Source: Alphaproteobacteria bacterium (GTDB lineage Bacteria; Pseudomonadota; Alphaproteobacteria; SP197). Taken from it: a stretch of DNA of 64,000 nucleotides. The stretch spans positions 224,001 through 288,000 of the forward strand of contig OZ219920.1 of NCBI GenBank assembly GCA_964291415.2, read 5' to 3'. This document shows positions 1 through 9,174 of the stretch, piece by piece. The position numbers and the translations under genes are program-made. The notes beneath the pieces were generated by a model. The model was not told the DNA's origin. It made no database searches and saw only the letters and a list, made by a program, of their open reading frames with translations. Each line of letters begins with the position of its first letter. The first letter of the stretch is position 1.

Positions 1-2
1 GC

Positions 3-629
3 GAGGTCGAGGAAGACCTTCAGCGGGAACGATGGCTGCGGCTGTGGCGGGCCTATGGCCGCCAGGTACTCGGCATTGTCGCCGTGGTGGTCCTTGCAGT
101 CGCCGGATACACCGGGTGGATCGAGTACCGCGAGTCCCGACTCGGCGACGACGGCTATCGGTACTGGCTTGCGGACCGTCAGGCTGATGCCGGCGACATC
201 GACGAGGCGATGGCCGCTTTCGGCGCCCTCCGCGCAGAGGGCCATGGCGGCTATCCGTGGCTTGCAGGCATGCGCGAGGCACAGCTTCTCGCCGAAGCCG
301 GCGAACGGGAGCTGGCGTTGCAACGCTATGACGATCTTGCCGCCATGGGAGACGTTCCTCCCGTCTGGCGGGAGCTGGCGGCCCTCTATGCGGTCATGCT
401 GATGGTTGATCATGCCGACCCCGACGATGTCGTTGCACGACTGGCGCCGCTTCTCGATGGCACCTGGCGTCATCTTGCCCTCGAGCTCAGGGGCCTTCTC
501 TATCTGCGGACCGGTGACACGGAGTCTGCGGCGGCGAGTTTCGAAGCGTTGGCCGGTGACGCCGATGCGCCGGCATCGGCCGTGCTCCGGGCACGTGAAC
601 TGCTGTCGCTGACGACGCGGGGACACTGA
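3..629 (+). CDS. YfgM-like/TPR-like membrane-anchored protein, 5' truncated by window edge
   Basis: Frame is open from base 3 (EVEEDLQRERWLRLWRAYG, then a TM helix) into the listed 84..629 ORF; lies directly upstream of bamB-der, the usual YfgM position. Confidence 0.8.
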   Translation, partial: EVEEDLQRERWLRLWRAYGRQVLGIVAVVVLAVAGYTGWIEYRESRLGDDGYRYWLADRQADAGDIDEAMAAFGALRAEGHGGYPWLAGMREAQLLAEAGERELALQRYDDLAAMGDVPPVWRELAALYAVMLMVDHADPDDVVARLAPLLDGTWRHLALELRGLLYLRTGDTESAAASFEALAGDADAPASAVLRARELLSLTTRGH

Positions 630-631
630 CC

Positions 632-1942
632 ATGCGGTGGGTTGTCCTTGCCGTGTCGTGCCTGTCACTCGTCGGCTGCGAAAGCGACTGGTTCGGAGAT
701 CCGCCACCGCCGCCTCTCGAGGGTGAGCGCATCGCCATTCTGGAACTCGGTTCGGGGCTGGCAAGCGACCCGGAGTACGCCGCCATTCCGGTCGAACTGC
801 CGCCTCAACGCCTCAACCCGGAGTGGCCCCAGTACGGTGGCAGTCTTGACAAGGCCATGCACCATCTGGCCCACGGCGGATCCTGGGAACGGGTCTGGTC
901 GCGCAGCATCGGCGACGGGCACAGCGATTCGCGCCGGCTCGTGGGAACGCCCGTCATCGCTGCAGGCATGGTGTTCACGATCGATTCCAATACCCGGGTC
1001 TCGGCCTTCGATGAGGCGACCGGCACGCCCTTGTGGAGTACCGACATCACCGCCGCCGAGGAAGATGACGGCTGGGGAGGCGGCCTTGCCTTCGATGACG
1101 GCCGACTTTTCGTGACCACCGGCAATGGCGAAGTCATGGCGCTCGATCCGGTCGACGGCATTCCCCAGTGGCGCGTCGATGCCGGTCCGCCGGTCCGTAC
1201 GCCTCCTGCGGCAAGCCAGGGGCGTGTTCATGTCGTCACCGCGGACAACACGCTCCTGACCCTGGATGCGGCGACCGGTGACTCTCTGTGGGTTCACCGC
1301 GGACTCCTCGGTACGGCCTCGCTCATGGGCGGCGGCGCGCCAAGCATTGCCGGATCCTTTGTCGTGGCCACCTACACGACCGGTGAAGTGGTGGCCCTGA
1401 GGGCAGAGAACGGCCGTGTGGTGTGGAGCGATATCCTGGCTCAGGGCGGACAGGCCGGTGTCCTGGCGGCGCTTGACGACATCAATGGCAGCGCCGTCAT
1501 CGATCGCGATCTCGTGTTCGTCGCCAGTTACGGCGGTCGTCTGGCCGCCATCGATGTGACACGGGGAATCAGGGTCTGGGAGCAGAATCTCTCGATCACG
1601 CAAACACCATGGGTGGCTGGTGACTATCTATGGGTGGTGACCAGTGACGCGGAACTCATCTGCTTCCGGAAGGAAGACGGCCGGGTGCGCTGGATCACCC
1701 GATTGCCGCTGTATGAGGATCCCGAGGACAAGGAAGGGACCATCCTGTGGTCCGGGCCGGTGCTGGCAGGCGAAAGACTGGTCGTGGCGGGAAGCCACGG
1801 GAACGCTGTTGTTCTTTCACCCTACACGGGCGACGTCATCGACACGCTGTCTGTGGACCGCGGACTGCCCCTGCCACCCGTTGTCGCAAACGCGAGACTC
1901 TACTTCGTTGGCGACTCGGGCACCGTGACTGTACTCGACTAA
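632..1942 (+). CDS. bamB: Outer-membrane assembly lipoprotein BamB-like (PQQ-type beta-propeller)
   Basis: Lipobox LVGC, repeated 'D..TG..LW' blade motifs, yfgM-bamB-der synteny. Confidence 0.8.
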   Translation: MRWVVLAVSCLSLVGCESDWFGDPPPPPLEGERIAILELGSGLASDPEYAAIPVELPPQRLNPEWPQYGGSLDKAMHHLAHGGSWERVWSRSIGDGHSDSRRLVGTPVIAAGMVFTIDSNTRVSAFDEATGTPLWSTDITAAEEDDGWGGGLAFDDGRLFVTTGNGEVMALDPVDGIPQWRVDAGPPVRTPPAASQGRVHVVTADNTLLTLDAATGDSLWVHRGLLGTASLMGGGAPSIAGSFVVATYTTGEVVALRAENGRVVWSDILAQGGQAGVLAALDDINGSAVIDRDLVFVASYGGRLAAIDVTRGIRVWEQNLSITQTPWVAGDYLWVVTSDAELICFRKEDGRVRWITRLPLYEDPEDKEGTILWSGPVLAGERLVVAGSHGNAVVLSPYTGDVIDTLSVDRGLPLPPVVANARLYFVGDSGTVTVLD

Positions 1943-1946
1943 ACCG

Positions 1947-3281
1947 GTGTCTTTCGCGGTCGCCATTGTCGGTCGGCCCAACGTCGGCAAGTCCACGCTC
2001 TTCAATCGCCTGACCGGCCGGCGTGCGGCGCTGGTCGATCCGCAGCCGGGCGTCACGCGGGATCGCCGGGAGGGCGAGGGCAGGATCGGTCCCCTGACGT
2101 TCCGCCTCGTCGATACGGCGGGACTCGAGGACGCGGTGTCGGGAACCATGGCCGGGCGCATGCGGGCACAGACCGACGAGGCCCTCCATGAGGCTGATGT
2201 CCTGCTCTTCGTCATTGACGCGCGGCAGGGCGTGACAACGCGTGACAGGCAGTTTGCCAGTGAACTGCGCAAGGCGGAAACGCCCGTGATCCTGGTGGCC
2301 AACAAGGCCGAGGCCCGCTCGGCGATGGCCGGGGTCTGGGATGCGTTCTCCCTGGGGTTTGGTGACCCGGTTGCCGTGTCGGCAGAGCACGGCGACGGCA
2401 TGGCCGCCCTTCATGATGCCCTGGTCCACCACGCTCCGGCCGCTGATGGGGAGACCGCCGATAACGACGGGGACCGCCTGCGCCTGGCCATCGTCGGCCG
2501 CCCCAATGTCGGCAAGTCGACACTCGTCAACCGTCTCCTTGGCAGCGAGCGCGTGATCACCGGGCCGGAACCGGGACTGACGCGTGATGCCATCGCCGCC
2601 CGCTGGACCTCGTGCGGCCGCAAGATCGAACTCATCGATACCGCTGGTATCAGGCGCCGCTCGCGGGTGGCGGAACGAGTCGAGAAACTCTCGGTAGCCG
2701 ACAGTTTTTCGGCGATCCGCAAGGCGCACATCGTGGTCGTCGTGCTGGAGGCCCATCAGGCGTTCGATCATCAGGACCTCGCCATCGTCGATCATGTCGA
2801 GCGCGAGGGCAGGGGCCTCGTTGTCGTCATCAACAAGTGGGATCTTGCCGACGAGCCACGATCGCTCAAGCACGAACTGGACTTGCGGTTTGCGGAACTC
2901 CTGCCCCAGGTGCGCGGCGCTCCGATGCTGACCATGAGCGCAGTCGACGGCAAGGGCGTGACAAGGCTCATGCCGGCGGTGGTGGGTGTCCAGGACCGCT
3001 GGACCCGGCGCCTCTCCACGGCGGAACTCAACAGATGGCTCGGAGTGACGGTGGAACGGCACCCCCCTCCCGTGGTGCGGGGCGGCAGGCCGCGATTGCG
3101 CTATGCGACCCAGGTCGCAACGCGACCCCCGACCTTCGCCGTCTTCGGCAGCAGGCTTGCCGGGCTCCCGGACTCGTACCGACGCTACCTCGTCAATCGG
3201 CTGCGGCAGGACTTCGATCTGCCCGGCATTCCGCTTCGGTTGCGCTTCCGCTCGACCCGCAACCCATACGCCGGCACCTGA
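1947..3281 (+). CDS. der: Ribosome biogenesis GTPase Der (EngA)
   Basis: Two GTPase domains, each with GRPNVGKS, TRD, DTAG and NKx; C-terminal PPTF/YRRYL. Confidence 0.97.
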   Translation: MSFAVAIVGRPNVGKSTLFNRLTGRRAALVDPQPGVTRDRREGEGRIGPLTFRLVDTAGLEDAVSGTMAGRMRAQTDEALHEADVLLFVIDARQGVTTRDRQFASELRKAETPVILVANKAEARSAMAGVWDAFSLGFGDPVAVSAEHGDGMAALHDALVHHAPAADGETADNDGDRLRLAIVGRPNVGKSTLVNRLLGSERVITGPEPGLTRDAIAARWTSCGRKIELIDTAGIRRRSRVAERVEKLSVADSFSAIRKAHIVVVVLEAHQAFDHQDLAIVDHVEREGRGLVVVINKWDLADEPRSLKHELDLRFAELLPQVRGAPMLTMSAVDGKGVTRLMPAVVGVQDRWTRRLSTAELNRWLGVTVERHPPPVVRGGRPRLRYATQVATRPPTFAVFGSRLAGLPDSYRRYLVNRLRQDFDLPGIPLRLRFRSTRNPYAGT

Positions 3282-3337
3282 CAAGGGGCGCGCCGTTTCG
3301 CTGATCTGCTCCACATCGTCGATGGGCGGGAGGTGCC

Positions 3338-3379
3338 TTGTGGTTCACCCGTGAACCACAAACTGTGTTGTGGCTCACG
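3338..3379. repeat. Perfect 11-bp inverted repeat plus a third near-copy between convergent genes
   Basis: TTGTGGTTCAC-CC-GTGAACCACAA at 3338-3361, then TTGTGGCTCAC at 3368-3378. Confidence 0.7.
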
Positions 3380-3469
3380 AAACGGGTGTGCTCGCGTTAC
3401 AAACGGCCGCAGGTCTTCAATCCGGCAGCCTTGGGCGCGACGCTGTGGCGCGTTCCCTGTCGGGCTTGT

Positions 3470-4183
3470 TCACGCTCTGGCAACGATCCGGGCGCCGTTC
3501 AGTGTCCAGTCGGGCATGGCCATGGAGATGAAGGTCTCGACGACGCTCGACGGCTCGGCGAGTGATTCCGGGTTTTCACCCGGGAAGGCGCGGGCACGCA
3601 TGGCCGTCCGCAGCACGCCCGGGTCGACGAGGTTGACCTTCAGTGCGGTCTTTGCCAGCTCTCCCGCCCAGCACGTCACGAGGGCTTCGAGGGCTGCCTT
3701 GGTGGCGGCGTAGGCGGCCCAGTAGGGCGCAGGGGATGCCGTGATCCCGGACGTCACGAAGATGGCGCGGCCGGAAGGCGATTGCCTCAGCAGCGGATCC
3801 ATGGCCCGGATCAGCCGCCAGTTGGCCGTCAGGTTGACATCCAGGGAGCGCTGCCAGTCCTGCGGCATGATGTGATGGGCCGGGGATAGAGCATTCAGAT
3901 AAGCCGCGTTGCCCACGAGGACATCGAGCCGGCCGAATCGCTCGAAGAGCGCTCCGCCAAGGCGGTCGACGGCATCGCCGTCGGCAAGATCCAGAGGCAC
4001 CAGGACCGGGGTGAGGCCGCCAGCCGCGCGGATGGCGTCGTCGAGGTCCTCGAGACCACCTGTGGTGCGCGCGACGAGGACAAGGCGCGCACCCTCGGCG
4101 GCGAAAGCCTCTGCGACGGCTGCTCCAAGGCCTCGCGAGGCGCCGGTCACCAGGGCGACGCGCCCGTCGAGCCGTCCGCTCAT
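3470..4183 (-). CDS. SDR family oxidoreductase (YciK-like)
   Basis: TGASRGLG, YAATK, PGVLRTAMRARAFPGE; start placed at ATG 4183 just after the purF stop. Confidence 0.88.
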   Translation of the reverse strand: MSGRLDGRVALVTGASRGLGAAVAEAFAAEGARLVLVARTTGGLEDLDDAIRAAGGLTPVLVPLDLADGDAVDRLGGALFERFGRLDVLVGNAAYLNALSPAHHIMPQDWQRSLDVNLTANWRLIRAMDPLLRQSPSGRAIFVTSGITASPAPYWAAYAATKAALEALVTCWAGELAKTALKVNLVDPGVLRTAMRARAFPGENPESLAEPSSVVETFISMAMPDWTLNGARIVARA

Positions 4184-4184
4184 G

Positions 4185-5651
4185 TCACAGGGATTCGTAG
4201 TGGAAGGAGAGCTGATTCGTCTCGTAGCCGCCATCCCGGTCAACCAGGGGAATCGGATAGTGACCGGTCAGGCAGGCATCGCAGTACTGGGGTTTCGCGG
4301 CATGGCGCCCTTCCTCATGTCCGGTTGCCCGGTAGAGGCCGTCGGCCGTGATGAAGGCCAGACTGTCCACGCCGAGAAACGCCGCAATCTCGTCGACGCT
4401 GAACCGCGAGGCCAGCAGCTCATCGCGCGACGGCGTGTCGACTCCGTAAAAGCACGAATGAATGGTCGGTGGACTGGCAATGCGCATGTGCACTTCCCGG
4501 GCGCCGCACTCCCTGACCATGGAGACGATTTTCGTCGATGTCGTGCCGCGGACGATGGAATCGTCAATGAGGACGACACGCTTGCCGGAGAGTTCCACGC
4601 GGTTGGCATTGTGTTTCAGCTTGACACCGAAGTGGCGGATGTTCTGGCCGGGTTCGATGAAGGTGCGGCCGACATAGTGGTTGCGGATGATGCCGAAGGT
4701 CAGCGGCAGGCCGGACTGTTCGGCGAATCCCAGCGCCGCCGGTGTACCGGAATCGGGGACAGGCACCACGACATCGGCGTCGGCCGGACTCTCCTTTGCC
4801 AGTTCGGCGCCGGTCCGCCTGCGGACGGTGTAGGCGGAATGGCCCTCGACCAGGCTGTCGGGCCGCGAGAAGTAGATGTACTCGAAGATGCAGAACCGGC
4901 TGCGGCGGGGCGCAAAGGGGCGGTAGGAGCTGAGGCCCGATGCATCGATCACGATGAGCTCTCCGGGTTCCACGTCCCTCACGAACGCAGCGCCCATGAT
5001 ATCGAGGGCACAGGTTTCCGAAGCGAGGACGAAGGCGTCTCCCAGGCGGCCAAGCACGAGGGGACGCACGCCGAGGGCGTCCCTCACGCCGATCATGGCT
5101 TCGTTGGTGAGCGCCACCAGGGAGTAGGCGCCGACGACCTGTTTCAGGGCATCGACCAGCCGGTCCGGAATGGTGCCGTGTGCCGACAGCGCCACCAGGT
5201 GGACGATGATCTCCGTATCGGATGTCGACTGGAAAATGGCTCCCTTGCGCACGAGGCCGTCTCGCACCTGATTCGCGTTGGTGAGATTGCCGTTGTGGGC
5301 GACCGCCAGGCCGCCCTGGTCGGTTTCGACGAAGATGGGCTGGACATTGCGCAGCAACGTCCCCCCGGTGGTCGCATAGCGGTTGTGTCCGATGGCTGAG
5401 TGGCCCGTCAGCGCGCCGACATTGGCGCGGTTCGAGAAGATTTCCGAGACCAGTCCAAGATTGCGGTGGACGTGAAACTGGGAGCCGTCGAAGGAGACGA
5501 TGCCCGCCGATTCCTGGCCACGGTGCTGAAGGGCATGCAGACCGAGCACCGTGTGGGCGGCTGCATCCTCGGCTCCGAAGATGCCGAAGATGCCGCATTC
5601 CTCGCGCAACCTGTCGTCATCAAGGGGATGCCGCGGCAGGAATCGGGTCAC
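4185..5651 (-). CDS. purF: Amidophosphoribosyltransferase
   Basis: EECGIFG propeptide/catalytic Cys, LQHRGQESAG, DDSIVRGTTS, CFYGVD; start uncertain (GTG 5651 chosen). Confidence 0.96.
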   Translation of the reverse strand: MTRFLPRHPLDDDRLREECGIFGIFGAEDAAAHTVLGLHALQHRGQESAGIVSFDGSQFHVHRNLGLVSEIFSNRANVGALTGHSAIGHNRYATTGGTLLRNVQPIFVETDQGGLAVAHNGNLTNANQVRDGLVRKGAIFQSTSDTEIIVHLVALSAHGTIPDRLVDALKQVVGAYSLVALTNEAMIGVRDALGVRPLVLGRLGDAFVLASETCALDIMGAAFVRDVEPGELIVIDASGLSSYRPFAPRRSRFCIFEYIYFSRPDSLVEGHSAYTVRRRTGAELAKESPADADVVVPVPDSGTPAALGFAEQSGLPLTFGIIRNHYVGRTFIEPGQNIRHFGVKLKHNANRVELSGKRVVLIDDSIVRGTTSTKIVSMVRECGAREVHMRIASPPTIHSCFYGVDTPSRDELLASRFSVDEIAAFLGVDSLAFITADGLYRATGHEEGRHAAKPQYCDACLTGHYPIPLVDRDGGYETNQLSFHYESL

Positions 5652-5667
5652 ATCTGTCGGCCCATGT

Positions 5668-6342
5668 TCATTCGTCGCCAGCGATGATGGATTCGAGTGC
5701 CGATCGGTCCTCTTCACTGTACCCCTCCTCACCCTCCGCGTCAGCATCGCTGGCCGGCGCCTGGGGATCAATCAGGTCGCTGTAGGACCGCAGCGCCTCT
5801 TCGGCTGCGGCGTTCCTGGTCCGGATCAGGAAATCCTCGCTGTCGAGGTCCCATTCCTCGGGCGCCAGTTCGATGAGCAGCAGGGAGCCCCTGTCAATGA
5901 CGGGTGTCAGACGTGCTTCCTCGATCCAGCCCGGCCGCTCCCCGGCAGGGGCAAGCAGGCCGTAGACCAGGAAGACGAGACAGACCACCAGCGCGCCGCG
6001 GACAAGGCCGAACACGAACCCGACCGACCTGTCGAGCATGTCGAGTCCGGATGACCGGGTCCGCCGCATCACCAGCGACGACACGAGGCTGAGGCAGGCG
6101 AGCGCGATGACAAACAGGCCTGCCGCATTGGCAATGGCCACAATCAGCGGGTCGTTGCCGATCCAGTTCGCCAGGACGGGCCAGGAGTGGTCGTAGAGGT
6201 AGACGGTCGCAAGGGCAGCTCCGCCCCAGGTGGCGAGGAACAGGAACTCGCGCATGGCCCCGCGATAGTAGGCGAGGAAACCTGAAATGAAGATGACCCC
6301 GAGAATGACGAGGTCCGTGACGGTGACCGGCAGGTCGTTCAT
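5668..6342 (-). CDS. cvpA: CvpA family membrane protein
   Basis: Four TM helices, RGAMRE, LDRSVGFVFGLVRG; upstream of purF. Confidence 0.9.
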   Translation of the reverse strand: MNDLPVTVTDLVILGVIFISGFLAYYRGAMREFLFLATWGGAALATVYLYDHSWPVLANWIGNDPLIVAIANAAGLFVIALACLSLVSSLVMRRTRSSGLDMLDRSVGFVFGLVRGALVVCLVFLVYGLLAPAGERPGWIEEARLTPVIDRGSLLLIELAPEEWDLDSEDFLIRTRNAAAEEALRSYSDLIDPQAPASDADAEGEEGYSEEDRSALESIIAGDE

Positions 6343-6483
6343 GCCGCTTGCCCTGTTCTCAGGTGCTGCCGCCGGCGCTCACATGAGAGATGAACCGCGC
6401 CATCATGGCCGCCGCCGGTCCCTCCTCTTTGCATGACTGGTGGCATTGTGTCCAGAATCCGGCTCATGCGCCGCCCCGGGGAC

Positions 6484-7245
6484 TCACGGACGCAGCACGC
6501 TCATGGAGATGGGACCTTCGGCGCGGCCGTTGATGAACTGATCGACATGGGGGCTGCCACTCCGGTCGATGTCGGCGGCGTTGCCCTGCCAGACCAGGCG
6601 TCCGTCATGCAGCATCGCGATCCTGTCGGCGATCTTGCGCGCACTCGCCATGTCGTGGGTGATCGAGATGGTGGTGATGCCGAGACGGCGGCTCACCGAG
6701 ACGATGAGATCATTGATGACATCGGCCATGATCGGATCGAGGCCGGTCGTCGGCTCGTCGAGGAAGACGATGTCAGGCCGGTCCGAGATGGCTCGGGCCA
6801 GGGCAACCCGCTTCATCATGCCCCCCGACAGTTCGGCGGGGAGGAGATCGGCGACATCCTCTCCGAGCCCGACCAGGCCAAGGGTTTCGCAGGCGGAGTC
6901 CCGCGCATCAGCGCGAGTCAGGGTGCCGGTGTGAATCTGCCGGAAGGCGACATTCTCCCATACCGCAAGGCTGTCGAACAGCGCCCCGCCCTGAAACAGC
7001 ATGCCGAATCGCGCCATGAGACCGGTGTCCGCCGGCCGGGTGGCCGTCCCGTCGATCAAGATCTCTCCTGCGTCAGGCTTCAGGAGACCGAGGATGCATT
7101 TGAGGGTGACGGACTTGCCGGATCCGGACCCGCCGATGATGACGAATGCCTCTCCGTGTGCGACGTCGAAGCTCACGCCGTCCAGCACGCGCCGGGCCGG
7201 GAAACTCTTCCGCAGGTCGCGAACACGGATCATGGGCTGGTTCAT
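6484..7245 (-). CDS. mlaF: MlaF-type ABC ATPase
   Basis: GGSGSGKS, FQGGALFDSL, LSGGMMKRVALARA, DEPTTGLDP; ATGA overlap with mlaE. Confidence 0.9.
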   Translation of the reverse strand: MNQPMIRVRDLRKSFPARRVLDGVSFDVAHGEAFVIIGGSGSGKSVTLKCILGLLKPDAGEILIDGTATRPADTGLMARFGMLFQGGALFDSLAVWENVAFRQIHTGTLTRADARDSACETLGLVGLGEDVADLLPAELSGGMMKRVALARAISDRPDIVFLDEPTTGLDPIMADVINDLIVSVSRRLGITTISITHDMASARKIADRIAMLHDGRLVWQGNAADIDRSGSPHVDQFINGRAEGPISMSVLRP

Positions 7246-8015
7246 CGCGAAAAGAAAATCTCCGTGACAACGTAATTGAAGGTCAGGATGAGAATGGACC
7301 CCGACACCACGGCAAGGGTCGTTGCCTGTCCCACGCCCTGGGCTCCGCGCTTCGAATGCCAGCCGTGGTAGCACCCCGTGAGGGCTATGAGAAAGCCGAA
7401 CACGGCCGCCTTGACGAGGCCCGAGATCACGTCGATCGGCTCGAGGATATCGATCGTGCTGGCGAGGTAGGCCGACGGGTTGAAGCCCAGCTTGTGGATT
7501 GACACCAGATAGCCGCCCAGAACGCCGATGACATCGGCCACCAGAACGAGCACGGGCAGGATCAGAGTCGCGGCGATCAGACGCGGTGCGACGAGATAGC
7601 GGCGTGGAGAGGCCTGGAGGGTCAAGAGGGCGTCGATCTGCTCGGTGACACGCATGGTGCCGATCTCGGCCGCCATCGCGGCGCCGACCCGTCCGGCAAC
7701 CATGAGACCGGCGAGGACCGGGCCGAGTTCACGGGTGATGGACAGGACGACGATACCGGCTATGGCGCCTTCCGCCTCGAAGCGCGAGAAACCGGTGTAG
7801 CTCTGCAGGGCCAGAACCATGCCGGTGAAGATCGCTGTCAGGCCCACGACGGGAAGCGAGTAGTAGCCGATGTCGATGAACTGGCGGGTGATGTTGCGCA
7901 CATGCCAGGGTGGTGTGACGCAACTGGCAAGACCGAGGGCGGCAAAAAGGACGATCCGCCCGGTTCCGGCGAGAAAGGCGAGGAACGTCGCGCCGATGGA
8001 GGCCAGCGGGTTCAT
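7242..8015 (-). CDS. mlaE: MlaE family ABC permease
   Basis: RELGPVLAGLMVAGRVGAAMAAEIGTMRVTEQIDAL signature. Confidence 0.93.
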   Translation of the reverse strand: MNPLASIGATFLAFLAGTGRIVLFAALGLASCVTPPWHVRNITRQFIDIGYYSLPVVGLTAIFTGMVLALQSYTGFSRFEAEGAIAGIVVLSITRELGPVLAGLMVAGRVGAAMAAEIGTMRVTEQIDALLTLQASPRRYLVAPRLIAATLILPVLVLVADVIGVLGGYLVSIHKLGFNPSAYLASTIDILEPIDVISGLVKAAVFGFLIALTGCYHGWHSKRGAQGVGQATTLAVVSGSILILTFNYVVTEIFFSR

Positions 8016-8064
8016 CCGGTCAGCCGCCGGCAGCCATGACCCGCAGGGGATGACGATGTGGGCA

Positions 8065-9174
8065 TCAGCACGTCCCGCCGAGCCATTGGCGGGCGTAGCG
8101 GGCGCCGAGCGATGTCAGCAGCTCGTAGCCTATGGTGCCGGCCTTTCCGGCCAGGTCGTCCAGCATGGTGCGCCCCCTGATCAGGTCGACCCAGGTTCCC
8201 ACATGGGCTCTCGCCTCCGGCAATTCGCCCAGGTCCAGTGTCATCAGATCCATGGAAACGTGGCCGGCCACCGGGACGGCATGGTCACCGATAAAGGCAT
8301 GCGCCAGGTTGCCAAGCGCCCGCGGATAGCCATCCGCATAGCCGACCGGCAGGGTGGCAAGGCGCGTGGCACGACTTGTCGTGTAGGTTCCGCCGTAGCC
8401 GACACGCGTGCCGGCCGGCACCTCGCGCACCTGAATGATGCGGGCCTTCAGCCGTATGACGGGTTCCATGGGGTTGGTTTCGGAGGGAGTCGGGTTGCCG
8501 CCGTAGACGGCATAGCCCGGTCGCACGAGATCGTGGTGCCAGGCGTCTCCGAGGAAGATGCCTGACGAATTGGCAAGGCTGGCACGGGCTCCCGGAAAGG
8601 AACGCATGGTGTGCCGGAACAGTTCCAGCTGGCGGTGATTGTCGGTCTCCTCGGGCTCACTGGCACACGAAAGGTGGCTCATCACGAAGTGAAGATCGAG
8701 GGGCGCCAGGAGTTCCGGAGTGGCGGCCAGTCTGGCTGTCTCCGCCGGTGGCAGTCCCAGTCGGGACATGCCGGTGTCGACGTGAACGACGGCACCCAGT
8801 CGTCGTTCCCGACGCCGCGCCTCGTCTGCCCAGCGGGCGATCTGCCCGAGGTCATTGAGAACGGGAACAAGATTCCGGGCCGCAAGGTCACCAGCCTCGG
8901 CAATGAGGCCGTTGAGCACGTAGATTCTTGCCGTCTCGTCGAGAACGGACCGGAGCGCTGCAGCTCCGTCCGGATTGGCGACAAAGAAGCGGCGGCATCC
9001 GGCGTGTGCCAGGGACTGCGCCACCTGAACTGCGCCCAGGCCGTAGGCGTCTGCCTTGACGATCCCGGCACACTCCGCCGGCCTGACCATCCGGGCGAGT
9101 GCCTGCCAGTTGCGTGTGAGCGCATCGAGATCGATGACAAGTCGGGAGACCGGAGCGTCAATAGGATCCGTCAT
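8065..9174 (-). CDS. alr: Alanine racemase
   Basis: VKADAYGLG PLP lysine, HVDTGMSRLG, VGYGGT, GYADGYPR; start at ATG 9174 overlapping the dnaB end. Confidence 0.94.
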   Translation of the reverse strand: MTDPIDAPVSRLVIDLDALTRNWQALARMVRPAECAGIVKADAYGLGAVQVAQSLAHAGCRRFFVANPDGAAALRSVLDETARIYVLNGLIAEAGDLAARNLVPVLNDLGQIARWADEARRRERRLGAVVHVDTGMSRLGLPPAETARLAATPELLAPLDLHFVMSHLSCASEPEETDNHRQLELFRHTMRSFPGARASLANSSGIFLGDAWHHDLVRPGYAVYGGNPTPSETNPMEPVIRLKARIIQVREVPAGTRVGYGGTYTTSRATRLATLPVGYADGYPRALGNLAHAFIGDHAVPVAGHVSMDLMTLDLGELPEARAHVGTWVDLIRGRTMLDDLAGKAGTIGYELLTSLGARYARQWLGGTC

